Part shown: positions 25,725 to 39,577 of the stretch, one piece after another
How positions within the stretch are numbered: the first letter of the stretch is position 1
How the letters are laid out: the number at the start of each line of letters is the position of its first letter
Assembly: GCF_009914755.1 (NCBI RefSeq)
Contig: NC_060929.1
Strand: one strand, 5' to 3'
From: the human T2T-CHM13v2.0 reference genome, Homo sapiens
Length of the DNA stretch: 64,000 bases
Program-made: the position numbers and the translations under genes
Notes under the pieces: model-generated
Seen by the model: the letters and a program-made list of their open reading frames with translations, nothing else
Told to the model about the DNA's origin: nothing
Database searches by the model: none

Positions 25725-28700
25725 CTCAATCACAGTTTCTTTATCCACTAGTTGATTGATGGGCCTTTTGGCTGGTTCCATATTTTTGCCATTGCAAATT
25801 GTGCTGCTCTAAACATGCCTGTGCAAGTATCATTTTCATATAATGACTTCTTTTCCTCTGGGTAGATACCCAGTAGTGGGATTGCTAGATCAAATGATAG
25901 TTCTACTTTTAGTTTTTTAAGGAATCTCCACACTGTTTTCCATAGTGGTTGTACTAGCTTACCTTCCCACCAGCAGTGTAGAAGTGTTCCCTATTCACTG
26001 TGTCTACACCAACATCTACTATTTTTTGATTTTTTGATTATGGCCATTCTTGCAGGAGTAAGGTATTATCACATTGTGGTTTTGATTTGAATTACACTGA
26101 TCATTAGGAATGATGAGACTTTTTTTTATATGGTTGTTGGCCATTTGTATATCTTCTTTTGAGAATTGTCTATTCATGTCCTTAGCCCACTTTTTGATAG
26201 GATAGTTTGCTTTATTCTTGTTGATTTGTTTGAGTTCATTATAGATTCTGGATATTAGTCCTTCATCAGATGTATAGATTGTGAGGTTTTTCTCCCACTC
26301 TGTGGGTTGTCTGTTTACTATGCTGATTGTTACTTTTAACGTACAAACCCTCTTTAGTTTAATTAAGTCCCAGCAATTTATCTTTGTTTTTCTTGCATCT
26401 GTTTTGGGTTCTTCTCGCCCAAGCCAATGTCTTGAAGGGTTTTTCCAGTGTTGTCTTCTATAATGTTAAAGTTTCAGGTCTTAGATTTAAGTCCTTAATC
26501 CATCTTGAGTTGATTTTTGTGCAAGGCAAGAGCTGAGGATCCAGTTTCATTCTCCTACATGTGGCTTGCCAATTATCCAAGCACTATTTGTTGAACAGGG
26601 TGTCCTTTCCCCACTTTATGTTTTTGTTTGCTTTGTCAAAGATCAGTTGTCTGTAAGTATTTGACTTTATTTCTGAGTTCTCTATTCTGTTCCATTGGTC
26701 TATGTGCCTATTTTTATACCAATACCATGCTGTTTTGGTGACTATGGCCTTATAATGTATTTTGAAATCAGGTAATATGATGCCTCCAGATTTGTTTTTT
26801 GTTTTTGTTTTTGTTTGTTTGTTTGTTTGTTTGTTTTTTACTTAGTCTTGCTTTGGCTATGTGGGCTCTTTTTTGGTTCCATATGAATTTTACAATTTTT
26901 TTTTCTAATTCTGTGAAGAATGATGGTGGTATTTTTATGAAAATTGCATTCAATTTTTAGATTGCAGTGTGGTCATTTTCAAAACATTGATTCTACCCAT
27001 CTATGGGCATGGGATGTGTTTCCATCTGTTTGTGTCATTTATTATTCCTTTCAGCAGTGTTTTGTAGTTTTCCTTGTAGAGGTCTTTTACATCCTTGGTT
27101 AGGTATATTCCTAAGTTGTTTTTTTTTTTCAGCTATTGTAAAAAGGGTTGGGTTCTTGATTTGATTCTCAGCTTTGTCGCTGTTGGTGTAAGGAAGTGCT
27201 ACATTGTGTACATTATTTTTTTATTCAGAGAACTTGCTGAATTCTTTTATCAGTTATATGAGCTTTCTGGAGGAGTCTTTAGGGTTTTCTAGGTAAACAA
27301 TTATATTATCAGCAAACAGCGACAGTTTGACTTACTCTTTACCGATTTGGTTGCCCTTTCTTTCTCTTCTCTGCTCTGGCTAGGACTTCCAGTACTATGT
27401 GGAATAGGAGTGGTGAGAGTGGGACTTCTTTTCTTGTTCCAGTTCTCAGAAAGAGTGCTTTCAACTTTTCCCCTTTTCAGTATTATGTTGGCTGTGGGTT
27501 TCTCATAGATGGCTTTTATTTTCTTGAGGTATATCCCTTTATGCAAAATTTTCTGAGAGTTTTAATCATAAAGGGATGCTGGATTTTATCAAATGCTTTT
27601 TCTGCATCTATTGAGATGATCATGTGATTTTTGTTTTTAATTCTGTGTATGTGGTGTATCACATTCATTGACATGTATATTAAACCACCCCTGCATCCTT
27701 GGTATGAAACCCTCTTGATCATGGTGGATTATGTTTTTGATATGTTGTTGGATTCAGTTAGCTAGTATTTTGTTTAGGATTTTAGCATCTATATTCATCA
27801 CGGATATTGGACTATAGTTTTCTTTTTTGCTTATGTCCTTTCCTGGTTTTGACATTAGGATGATACTAGCTTCATAGAATGATTTAGGGAGGGTTCCTCC
27901 TTTCTCTATATTGTGGAATAGTGTCAATAGGATTGGTACCAATTCTTCTTTGAATGTCTGCTAAAAATCTGCTGTGAATCTGTCTGGTCCTGGACTTTTT
28001 TTTTGTTGGTAATTTGTTAATTACCATTTTAATCTCATTGGTTATTATTGGACTGTTCAAGGTATCTGATTTTTCCTGACTTAAGCTATCAGGGTTGTAT
28101 TTCTCCAGGAATTTATCCATCTCTTCTAGGTTTTCTTGTTCACGCACGTAAAGGTGTTCATAGTAGCCTTGAATTATCTTTTGTATTTCTATGATGTTAG
28201 TTGTAATATCTTTCAGTTCATTTCTTATTGAGCTTATTTGGATTTTTTCTCTTCTTTTCTTGCTAATGGTCCATCAATTTTATTTATTTTTCAAAGAATC
28301 AGCTTTTTGTTTCATTTCTCTTTTGTGAGTTTTTTTGTTTCGATTTCATTTAGTTCTGTTCTGATCTTGGTTATTTCCTTTCTTCTGCTGGGTTTGGTTT
28401 TGGTTTGTTCCTGTCTCTCTAGTTCCTTCAGGTGGGACCTTAGATTATCTATGCTGTGTCAGACTTTTTGATGTAGGTGTTTAGGGCTATGAACACTCCT
28501 CTTATCACCACCTTTGCTGTGTCCCAGAGGTTTTGATAGGTTGTGACACTGTTGTTATTCAGTTCAAAAATTTTTGTAATTTGCATCTTGATTTCATTTT
28601 TAACCCAATGCTCCTTCAGGAGCGGGTTATTTGATTTTCATGTATTTGCATGGCTTTGAAGATTCCTTTTGGAGTTGATTTCCAGTTTTATTCCACTGTG

Positions 28701-29392
28701 GTCTGAGAGAGTACCTAATATAATTTCAATTTTCTTAAATTTATGAGGGTCATTTTGTGGCCTAACATATAATCTATCTTGGAGAAAGTTCCATGCGCTG
28801 TTGAATAGAATGTATATTCTGCAGTTGTTTGATGGAATGTTCTGTTTGTATCTGTTAAGTCCATTTGTTCCAGGGTATAGTTTAAATCCATTTTTTTTTG
28901 CTGAATTTCTGTCTTGATAACCTGTCTTGTGCTGTCAGTGGAGTATTGAAGTCCCCCACTATTATTATGCCATGGTCTGTCTCGTTTTTTAGGTATATTA
29001 GTGATTGTTTTATAAATTTGGGAACTCCAGTGTTAGGAGCATATGTTTAGGATTGTGATAGTTTCATGTTGGACAAGGCCTTTTATTATTATATAATGTC
29101 CCTCTTTGTCTTTTTTGTTAATTGCTGTTGCTTTAAAGTTCATTTTATCTAATATGAGAATAGCTACTCCTGCTCGTTTTTGGTGTCCATTTACATGAAA
29201 TGTCTTTTTCCACCCCTTTACCTTAAGTTTATGTGAGTCCCTATGTGTTAGGTGAGTCTCTTGAAGGCAGTAGATAGTTCGTTGGTAAATTCATATTCAT
29301 TCAGCAATTCTGTATCTTTTAAGTGGAGCATTTAGGCCATTTACATTCATTGTTAATGTTGAGATGTGAGGTACCATTCCATTAATCATGCT
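25560..29392 (-). pseudogene. L1PB ORF2p remnant, inactive
   Basis: ORFs 29527-29297 (VPHISTLTMNVNGLNAPLKR), 27942-27754 ([14 protein letters not shown]), 27722-27516 ([20 protein letters not shown]), 25933-25748; many stops and frameshifts. Confidence 0.9.
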
Positions 29393-29479
29393 ATTTGTTG
29401 CCTGTATACCTTGGCTTTTTGTTCTTTGTTTTAGTTTTTTTTTTAATTGTATTTTTGTTTTATAGGTCCTGTGAAATTC

Positions 29480-30491
29480 ATGCTTTAAAGAGGTTCTGTT
29501 TTGATGTGTTTCCAGGATTTGTTTCAATATTTAGAGCTCCTGTTAGCAGTTCTTGTAGTGGTGGCTTGGTAATGGTGAATTCTTTCAGCATTTGTTTTTC
29601 TGAAGAAAACTATCTTTCATTCATATATGAAGCTTAGTTTCAGTGGATACAAAATTCTTGGCTAACAATTGTTTTGCTTGAGGTGGCTGAAGATAGGGCC
29701 CCAATCCCTTCTAGCCTGTAGGGTTTCTGCTGAGAAATCTTCTGTTAATCTGATAGGTTTTCCTTTACAGTTTACCTGGTGCTTTTGTCACAGCTCTTAA
29801 GATTCTTTTTTTCGTCTTAACTGTAGATAACCTGATGACAATGTGCCTAGGCGATATCTTTTTGCGATGAATTTCCCAGGTGTTCTTTGTGCTTCTTCTA
29901 TTTGGAGGTCTGGGTCTCTAGCAAGGCCAGAGAAGTTTTCCTCAATTATTCCCACAAATATATTTTCCAGACTTTTATATTGCTTTTCTTCCTCAGGAAC
30001 ACCAATTATTCTTAGGTTTGGTCATTTAACATAATCCTGACATCTTGGAGGCTTTGTTCATATTTCTTTATTCTTTTTTCTTTGTCTTTGTTAGATTGGG
30101 TTAATTCGAAGACCTTGTCTTCAAGCTCTGAATTTCTTTCTTCTACTTGTTTAATTCTATTGCTGAGACTTTTCAGAGCAATTTGCATTTCTATTAGTGT
30201 GTCCAATGTTTCCTGAAGTTTTGATTGTTTTTTATTTATGCTATCTATTTCCTTGAATATTTATCCCCTCACTTCTTGTATCATATTTTGGATTTCCTTA
30301 CATTGGGCTTTGCCTTTCTCTGGTGCCTCCCTGATTAGCTTAATAACTAACTTCTTGATTTCTTTTTCAGGTAAATCAGGGATTTCTTCTTGGTTTGGGT
30401 CTATTGCTTGTGAGCTAGTGTGATTTATTGGGGGCGTTAAAGAACCCTGTTTTGTCATATTACCAGAGCTGGTTTTCTCGTTCCTTCTCAT
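29480..30491 (-). pseudogene. L1PB ORF1p remnant, inactive
   Basis: ORF 30491-30261 (MRRNEKTSSGNMTKQGSLTPP...DPNQEEIPDLPEKE) and 30206-30012 (SLSNRIKQVEERNSELEDK). Confidence 0.88.
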
Positions 30492-33134
30492 TTGGGTAGG
30501 TTCTGTCAGAGGGAAGGTCTAGGGCTGAAAGCTGTTGTTCAGATTCTTTTGTCCCACAGGGTGTTCCCTTAATGTAGTACTCTACCCCTTTTCCTATGGA
30601 TGTGGCTTCCTGAGAGCCGAGCTGTAACGATTGTTATCTCTCTTCTGGATCTAGCCACTCTGCAATTCTACCAGGCTCCGGGGTGGTACTGGGGGTTGTC
30701 TGCCCAGAGTCCTGTAATGTGAACTCTCTGTGGTTCTCTCAGCCATAGATATCAGCACCTTTTCTGGTGAAGGTGGCAGGTGGGTGAAATGGACTCTGTG
30801 AGGGCTCTTAGCTTTGGTGGTTTAATGCGCTATTTTTGTGCTGGTTGGCCTCCTACCAGGAGGTGGTGCTTTCCAGAGAGCATCAGTAGTGTGTGGAGGA
30901 ACAAGTGGTGGGCAGAGCCCTAGAACTCCCGAGAGTATATGCCCTTTGTCTTCAGTTACCAGGGTGGGTAGGGAAGGACCATTGGGTGGTGGCAGGGCTA
31001 GGCGTGTCTGAGCTGACTCCTTGGGTGGGTTTCGCTGCAGCTGCTGTGGGGGATAGGGATGAGATCCCCAGGTCAATGGAACTGGGTACGTAGGAGGATT
31101 ATGACTGTTTCTACTGTGTCATTTAGGTTGTCAGGGAAGTGGGGAAAGTCGGTAGTCACAGGCCTCACCCAGTTCCCACTCAACCCAAGGCACCAGTCTT
31201 ACTCCCACCATACCCCCTGAAATAGCACCGAGTCTGTTTCCAGGCAGTGGGCAAGCAGGGCTGAGAACTTACCCCAGACTACTTGCCTACCAGCAGCAAA
31301 AGCATATATGGCTTTCTTTGTTTCCCCGCCTGTGAAGTCTGGACACCAGATTCATGTCTTTCCCCGAGTTCTGACCAGGAGACTTCTCAAACAGTTCAAA
31401 TTGCTATAAAGTTCAGCTGGAGATTTCCCTCTCCCTGTGGCCTTTTCCCAGCACCACTGGCCACCCTCCTAAAGAACTCCTGTATGGCCGGGCAAAAACA
31501 GCTTGATAGGGGACCCTACAAGATCCTAGGGCTTTTCCCACTGCTTCCTCTACCCCTGTATTTTGCTTTGCTCTTTAAATTGACTCAGCTCTAGGTAAGT
31601 TCAAATCTTCTCCCATAATCTAGGCCTTCAGCTTCTTCAGTGAGGGTGGCGGATGTTCAGGGGTGGATGTTTCCCACTTCCACAGTTTGGACACTCACAG
31701 TATTTGGGGTGTCTCCTGGGTCCTGCAGGATCAATCCGCTTTCTTAAAGGGGCCTGTGGGTCCTCTCAGGTTTCTTAATTTATTCCTGTAGTTGTTCTGG
31801 AATAATAATTCATGGAGAGAGCCTCCACACACTGCTCTGTCTGTCTGAGTAAGAGTTGCAATCTAGTCCTGCCATGGTTACTTTAAAATTTTGCATACCA
31901 CCTGCATGAAAACATCTACTTTAGAGGACTATGCTTTATTTTTAGAAGTATAGTACCAAAGGTTATGTTTTTAGAAGACAATTGCATTCATTTCATCACA
32001 AGTAATGCCACACTAGAGAGTAAAATTCCTCAAATTGGTTGATTAAATGTAATTCTATTGAGAAAAGTAATTTCAGATAGGAGTTAGAGAAAACATAGTA
32101 CCTACATTTTGATTGATTGGATCACAGTCAATGTTCTTGTCTTTTAGTTTAACCATATATTCAATCATTTTGTTTATCTTTGTTACACATAAACCAGAGT
32201 ATATTAATTGAATTAGATAAATAAGCTTAAGAATATTGCATTTCTTATAATAGTTTCCCTGCTTATTTGGCTATTTTCCTAGCTTTTTAGAGCTACTAAG
32301 CATGACATTACTTAGCATCATAAATTATGCAATAACAGCGTGATCCATTGGGTGAAATTTTGAAGATTTCCAAACGGTTCCTTGTAGAATTGCAATACAC
32401 ACTGCCCACTTTTCAAGTAGATTGTTGTAAATTTCCTCACTTATTTAACTATAACATATTTTGCACCACTAATACAATATTTCCAAAAAGATAATTGTGA
32501 AAAGTCATTGTGGAATTAGTTCCTTATAATAATTTTCCCAAGGGTGTTAAGAAAGAGGTTTGAGCTTTCCAGCTGTGTGGAATCAGGTTTTGCTGTTTTT
32601 CCTTTGGTTCATTCTAGTGCATTTCTTAGGAAGAGAGTTTTGTGTAGACTTATAACAAAATTAATGTAAAAACATGATATTACATATGTATTTTACGTGT
32701 AATGGAAAGTAAAAATCAACCACTGGATTTGGAAAATTAATTTTATGTTAAAGATTTCATCAAAGGCCAATATGCAGACATAATTTGGAAACTTGCCTAT
32801 TATTCTTACTACTCTTCTATTCTATGGTTTTAAATGAAATAAAAATAGTCTCTAACTGTTGACTCCTACTATGTGCTGTTCATCTCCTCCTGCCAATCTT
32901 TTTCTAAATATTCAATGTCCTTTTTAAATTTACTTATAATTTATTTTTAGGAGAGTATTATCTAGAAGCCCAGGGATCTTGAATATGCCTATGTCCCTTT
33001 GCAGTAAGAAATGTAACTTTCAACAAATGCATTAGCTTCTTCTAAATTACTGTTTACCTTCTTAACAAACTTTCAAAGATGAAGTTATTACCCCTATTTT
33101 ATAAGAGAAAACATAGATGATGTTTTGGTTACCC

Positions 33135-33535
33135 CATAGAGATGGGATGAATCCCTCACCTAAAATTTGATTTGGATGTTGAGACTGATAATTCTACCTA
33201 CACATACACCAAGAGGGCATGAAAATGGCTATTACCTGCATAATAAGACATTCTAGGAGGGAGCAGGGGTTAGCTCTCCAGCTGGTCCAGAAATGGCTTG
33301 AAAGAGTAGGGAAATGCTTGGTTTTAATGGTGGTTAGTTGCTTAGGTTGGGTCGTGTTTTCCAATGCACAGTCTAGAGATTCCATGGCTTGAACATTCTG
33401 ATGTTGTCAAAGAAGAAAATACCCAGCCTTTCTTGTGAGCTTTCTCAGGCATTGCACAGAAAGGAAGTGGAATGGTGGGGCTTAACGGCTGTCAACAATC
33501 AACATAAAAAATGGCCTAAGACTCTTCATTCCACA
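33135..33535 (-). mobile_element. ERVL-class solo LTR (MER74/MER54/LTR53-like; family uncertain)
   Basis: Minus strand begins tgtggaatgaagagtcttaggccatttttt atgttgattgttgacagc, resembling this LTR group. Confidence 0.5.
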
Positions 33536-33821
33536 AGGAATTCTATACATTTGGCAGAGCACAATCTACAAGGTTTGTTCCACGACACTCTGCTCAATAG
33601 GTAAGGGTTAATCCTAAGGTCAAAAGGCCTAAAAATAAGAATAAATAGACCACAGAAAATGGTGTTCACATATATGTTATCTCAGGCTGTGGATGTTCAG
33701 AATTCCCTTCCTATCTCTTCCTGAGTCCTTACTCCCAGGCCCCATAAATTCAGAGGAGTCACATGTTGCTGAATGTAGGACTATGAAGCAAGATATAAGA
33801 TATAATTCTTAGTCAAGAAAC

Positions 33822-34120
33822 TTTTTTTTTTTTTTTTTTTGAGACAGAGGCTTGCTCTGTTGCCCAGGCTGGAGTGCAGTGGTGCAATTTCAGCCCACTG
33901 CAGACTCCGACCCCAGGTTCAAATGATTCTTGTGCATCAGCCTCTCAAGTATCTGGGATTACAGCCTCATGCCACCACACCAAGCTAATTTTTGCATTTT
34001 TATTAGAGACGAAGTTTCACCATGTTAGCCACATTAGTCTCAAACTCCTAACCTCAATGATCCACCTGCCTCGGCCTCCCAAAGTGCTGAGATTACAGGC
34101 GTGAGTCACCATGCCCGGCC
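33822..34120 (-). mobile_element. AluS (Sx/Sz-like)
   Basis: Poly-T followed by reverse Alu ending cccggcc; TSD aagaaact on both sides. Confidence 0.92.
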
Positions 34121-35049
34121 AAGAAACTGATTTTATCAACGTTTTTGATTTTCACTTCAGTATGACTCAGGAAATCATCAAAGTCTTCATAGAACTTCAG
34201 CTTCCTTGGGTCCATTCTAACATGGCAGAGTATGTATTATTATTCTGTGTCATTATTTTTGCGAACTCGCATATGAAATCTTGACTGACTGCCACTGTCT
34301 AGGTTTGTAGTTGTAAACACCTAATATGGAAGGGATTGTGCCCATCAGTCTAGGTCTCATTTATACTCATGAACACACAGAGGAAAAGCAATCATTACTT
34401 ATGGGTCAGTATAATATTACTCTTACATAACCCAGTTCTGAAGGGAACTGTACACATTATCTAACTCCCTCATTTCACAAATGAGAAAGATGAGTCTTAT
34501 CCAAACCAGCAAGTTCCAGAAATCAAAAAAGAGGTACAATGCTATAATTGCATTGTTTATATGAACTCCAAGAATATTAGTGCCAGCCAAATCTGGTGGT
34601 GATCTTTTTTAGAGAACCAAGTAGGTCCACTGAGAATGTTTCTATACCATGAACAATTAAGAAGCAATTTCTCGCTTGTTAAAAGTTACATTTCCTCAAA
34701 AGATTAAAGCTAGAATTTAAAAATAGAATTTTTGGGTCGTGCTTGGCAGTGTCTGAAACAGTAAATACTGATGTTGCTGCTGCCAATACCATCAATACTA
34801 ATTACTGCTATTATTCTAATACTATCATGAATGCTGCATTTTAAATTTGAAATAAAATTAAGTGTGATGGTTATTTGTGAAGGCTATAGAGTAAGTAAAC
34901 ATTGGGTTTCAGCCTTTCTATCTACTAGTTTTGTGATTATATCACCAACTATAAGAGTTATAAATTGAGGTCTGTGATAAAAGTCATGAGACATACATAT
35001 TTAGTTAAATAAATACTGATTTACCTGATTATATTATTTTATTAAGACA

Positions 35050-35720
35050 CATTCTGCTGCAAATATGAAAAACGCTATTGTTTAAACACAGGTTTAAACA
35101 ATAAGGAAATTGATTACTGCAAACATCAGGATAGCTAAAGGTAGAACAGATTTCTAGCCTGGTTCATTCAACTACCTGGTTTTGCCTTCAAGAACCAAGA
35201 CCTCTATCTTATCTCTCTGCCATTCTTAATCTTGGTTTTATTCTTGAACTGTTCGTCATAGGAAGCAGAAGATCTGTATTTCCTATCCTGATGCATCAAC
35301 ATTAAGAGCAAGGTTTCTCAACCTGAGAACTATCAATATTCTGCATAATTCTTTGTCATGGGGCCTGTCCTGTACGTGGTAGTATACGTAGCAGCATCCC
35401 TGATGTCTATTCAGTAGAATTCGTTAGCCCCTTTCCAAATTATCCCCTGGTTATGAAGCTCAAAATGTCTCTAGACAGTGATAAATGGCCTTTGGTGGGA
35501 AGACGGGTCAAAATTGCCATCAGTTGAGAACCACCTTTATTCCCAGAGAAAGAGGAAAAGGAAGAGAAGACAGCAACTTTATTCCCAGAAGTTCTGCATG
35601 AGTCTTTCCTCATGCTTAAGGATTGGATCACATATACATGATGGAACCCATCAGTCACATAGACATTGGGAATGGAAACCTGAACACAATTGTGGTCCTT
35701 TTAGGAAGGGTACTGGGGTA
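35050..35720 (-). mobile_element. Ancient MLT1-like LTR remnant hosting MER20
   Basis: ctgctgcaaatatgaaaaac...ggtttaaacaataaggaaattg...; ctttattcccagaag...gattggatcacat; weak. Confidence 0.4.
35309..35536 (+). mobile_element. MER20 (hAT-Charlie non-autonomous DNA transposon)
   Basis: TIRs caaggtttctcaac...gttgagaaccac; internal ataattctttgt..ggggcctgtcctgt, agcagcatccctg, aaaatgtctctagaca. Confidence 0.85.
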
Positions 35721-35924
35721 AGGAACCAATAGTATCATCTCTAGTATCTAATTATCATTTGTTGCCACAGCAAACTCCCAAATCTCAGAGACTTAGCATC
35801 ATAAAAGTGCTATTTATTCTTCACTTAAATTCTCACATGGGCAGTGGGATTTTTCTCCATCTTGTAATTTCAGGAGCTTACAAACAGGAGAAGAAAAAGA
35901 CAGAGAAAACACACTACTTGTTTT

Positions 35925-36150
35925 TAACCTTTTCATTTTGAACCAATTTCAGACTTACAACAAAGTTACAAAAATAGTACAGAGGGTTCCCTATTAAAAT
36001 AGTACAGAGGGTTCTGTACAGCTTCCCTTAATGGTAACATCTCCTATAGTACAATTATTAAAACCAATAAATTACACTGGTAAAAAAATGACTAACTAAA
36101 CTACAGGTCTTATTAGAATTTTGTCTATTTGTTCACTAATGTCTTTTTTC
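35925..36150 (-). mobile_element. L1MC4/5-like 3' end fragment, inside an old MLT1-like LTR (~35740-36300)
   Basis: ttttgaaccaatttcagacttacaacaaagttacaaaaatagtacagag; contains a short duplication of aaaatagtacagagggttc. Confidence 0.65.
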
Positions 36151-36654
36151 TCTGACTGCCTTAGCCTGGAAGTGAAACAAACCACTTCGCAGAGTCATTG
36201 ACCAGAACACATTACACAATGCTAATCAACTGCAAAGGAGAATATGAACAGAGAGGAGGACATGGATATTTTGTGAGAATAAATGACCTCTTCCTCATAT
36301 TTTTTTAGACAGGTATATGACTGAATACACTTAATCTCTCCAGAAATTCCAGAGATATATGTAAAAGCCAGAGGACTCTAATTTCAACAACCTGTGCAAA
36401 GTGGGTGTTGCCATAGCTGAGGCACTGCCCATTTGTAGCTTTCCTTATCTATTGAAGTGTGTTGCTGGTTGGAACTTGTGAGGAGGCTTCTGGTTAAAGT
36501 CCAGTTGTATCATTTGTCCTGGTCAGTCTTCCAGGCCATAAGCAGACACACATTTGTGCCTCTCCACCTCCAAAAATAGCTGTAGAGTTACCTAATTATC
36601 TACATTGAAAATTCATAGTTGGCCATCTTTCTGAGATGAACTTTCTTTACAATA

Positions 36655-36832
36655 ACTTTAAATGAGAAGCTTGACTGCTCTGAAGTTCATTCTCCTTTGC
36701 TGCAAAATAGAGATAACAATGCCTCACATAGTGGATGAAAGTATTATATGAAATAACGTATATAAAGCAAGTAGAATGTTTGAGCCATAATACGTGTTAA
36801 AGAAATAAAAAAATAGTTATGGTATTATTATT
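36655..36832 (+). mobile_element. MIR SINE
   Basis: ctctgaagttcattctcctttgctgcaaaatagagataacaatgcctcacatag...tataaagca. Confidence 0.6.
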
Positions 36833-39019
36833 GCAATGTTTTTGTGCATCACCAATTAAAACAGATTATTCAATAATGTTCTATAAATTTTAGTCTTTTT
36901 AAGATACACTTGATGTGTTTAAAAGGTTCAGTTTGCAGATCATTATTAATATAATTTTAAATTTACATGTTAGGATGTTTGTGTAAACTACAAGAAAACC
37001 AGCTGAGTTAATATAATCTATTTATTTGGGAAAATAAGATTTAAAGAGAAAATTTAAAAGTCCAGGATTCAATTCTCTGTGGGCTCTTCATCCTTTTATG
37101 ATATTTTTCATTGACTTTTCTCCCTCCTAATAATAAATTGTGTTTGTTTCTGTAATATGTTTTCTCACACTATCTCCAGAGAACTAAAAAACTGTGATAT
37201 TTCTAATATAGGCTTTTTTGCTTCCCAGAAATTGGGCTAAAAGAAGGTGAGAATCTATCAGAGTTGCCAAAAGAGAAATGCTTGGTGATAAATTATCTAT
37301 CTGAGCATGTACAATGGACACACAAAATATTCTGAAACTGTCAAATCAAATGTGAGCATGATTAGAATAAAGCTGCTCGATGTCAGGGCCTTGCTCAAAT
37401 AAAAGTGACAAGTTCTGACAGAATTTCTGCCTGGTGTGGATGAATGACTGAGATGATATCTGAAATTGCTTTTTTGTCAAGGAAACATTAAAGAGTCAAA
37501 GTTTTTCTGCTGTATACCATCTGCAGACAACACCTTGGTAAAGAAAACCACCACAGTTTCCAGAAGCCACACATTTTGCAGACTCCACTGGTGTGGTCTC
37601 TCTCCCACCACCTTTAACATATGACTGGACTTAGTCTTTGACCGTCTGTGGGTAAAACAATCGGGTGGTTTTCAATACTGCAAGAGAAAGCTGAGCTCAA
37701 AGGTAACTACACCCTGATCTTCAGAGTGGTCATTCTCTTCACCAACCCATTTTCCTAGATGGCAGTTTGCCTTCTCAGAGGACGGTGAGGTGCCTTCTTA
37801 GACAAGAGTGATGTGCCTTCTTAGAGAAGAGGAAGCCATACTAGGATTACAGCGGATTTCAATTCCAAACCTATTGAGAACCAACTGCATGACTTGAATA
37901 AACCTTTTTCTTTCTCTTTGAATTATTTTACTCCATATAAAATAGAAAGAATGCTCTCAGCATTTATTAGATCCATGCTACATGTTGGTTACTGTGGTAA
38001 ACATTTAAACTTATAAGATGTGGTCACTGTCTCTAAAGGTTTAATAGTTCATCTGTTTATTGAGCAATTGAAAATATAAAGCATTATATGAATACAAAGA
38101 TTCACCAGAATATTTTATCTAAAATAAATAGGTGTGTGTGTATAATTAATAACTCTCACCTATTTATCTGCCTGTCTGTATCTTCCTCTTCTTCTCAATG
38201 TGTGTGTCATATACTATACAGAAATACACAGTGAGAGAGGGAGGAAGATACAGAAAGAGAGAGAGACTAATAAGAATAAAGCTTGTAATTATTACCATTT
38301 TCGGTGTGATTACATGTGACATTTTATTTTGAATTTATGTTTTTAAGATGAATATACATTGCTTTTGTAACAAAATAAGCAAGTAAAAGTTATTTCATCT
38401 CTATTCAGTAAAAAGACATTTTACATGAATCCAATCTTGCATTTTCCATTATCATCTGACTTTCATTTTCTCTAGCTAACACAAATATGGCCTCTCTCCT
38501 CTCTTGCAGACTATTTTCTTAGAAGGTAGGGTTAGAGAAAATGGTGGTGGCATGTGATACAGATTCTATGTCAAATAATTTTAGAATTTCTAAGAATTCA
38601 GTGAGTAAGTAGAAAATCAGACATCATGGCCTACATAGAATGGCTGAGAGAAGCTCTTTTGTTCACAGCCTGATCCTGAGTGCCCAGCACCATGCCCCCC
38701 ATATAATAGGATATAAAGAGAAAAATAAAACCTTGGCTGAAGCAATGCAACCATGAACTTCAGGCCCAAGTTTTGGCTGTGACACGTGACTTAGAAGAAT
38801 CTTCTTTTTTTTTTTTTCAGGTCTCAGTTAGTAAAAAAGCTAGCTTTAAAGATTCAAATAGCCAAATAGCCACACTTTGGATAGACACAAAACTTTAAAC
38901 TGGGTACAAACAAGTGTCCATCTCTATTGCCTTCATGTAATACCCCTCTGGTCTTCTAGGGCTCAGTTGAAGACAACGGACTTTAACATAAATAATCATT
39001 CGTTGTGACAAGATACCTT

Positions 39020-39430
39020 GTGCTAGCTTTCTGTTTCCATATAACACATTTCCACAAAACTTAATAGCTTAAAGCAACAAACTTAAAAATCTCACACAGT
39101 TTTGGAGAGTCAGAAATCCAGCAGCTTACATGGATGTTCTGGTTCATGGTTGCCGTCAAAACTGGGCAGGGGCTGCAGTCATCTCAAGGTTAGACCAGTT
39201 GTTGACCAGAAGCTTCAGTTCCCTGCCACATGTGCCTTTCCACAGGCCTGCTTCCCACATGGCAGCTACTTCACCCAGAGACAGTATTGAGAGAGAGAGA
39301 GAGCACACTGATGTCTCAACATTTCTATGCCCTGTCTCAGTCACACATCATTAATCCCATTTTGTTAGAAATAAAACAATAAGTCTAGCCCTGTTCAAGA
39401 AAGGAGTTTCAAAGAATGTGCTGACATTAA
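39020..39430 (-). mobile_element. MLT1F/G/H-like MaLR LTR
   Basis: cacaaaacttaatagcttaaagcaacaa...tctcacacagttttggagagtcagaaatcc...gggctgcagtcatctcaagg...acatggcagct. Confidence 0.7.
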
Positions 39431-39439
39431 AAAAAAGTT

Positions 39440-39577
39440 GTTTTATTTCTTTTTATTTTTGGTAGAGACTGGGTCTCACTATGTTGCCCAGTCTGCTCTC
39501 AAATTCCTAGTCTTAAGTGATTCCCCGGCATCAGCCTATAAAATGCTGGGATTGTAGGCATCAGCCACGGTGCCCTA
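39440..39577 (-). mobile_element. FLAM_C monomer
   Basis: tttttggtagagactgggtctcactatgttgcccag...aaatgctgggattgtaggcatcagccacggtgcc. Confidence 0.8.

Larger units (their letters stand above)
25322..31876 (-). mobile_element. Full-length L1PB1-type LINE-1 (~6.55 kb, L1PBa-type 5'UTR)
   Basis: 3'UTR at 25322-25560; continuous ORF2 and ORF1 remnants; GC-richer 5'UTR ending at ctagtcctgccatgg; possible diverged TSD ctttaaatttt / ctttaaaatttt. Confidence 0.93.
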
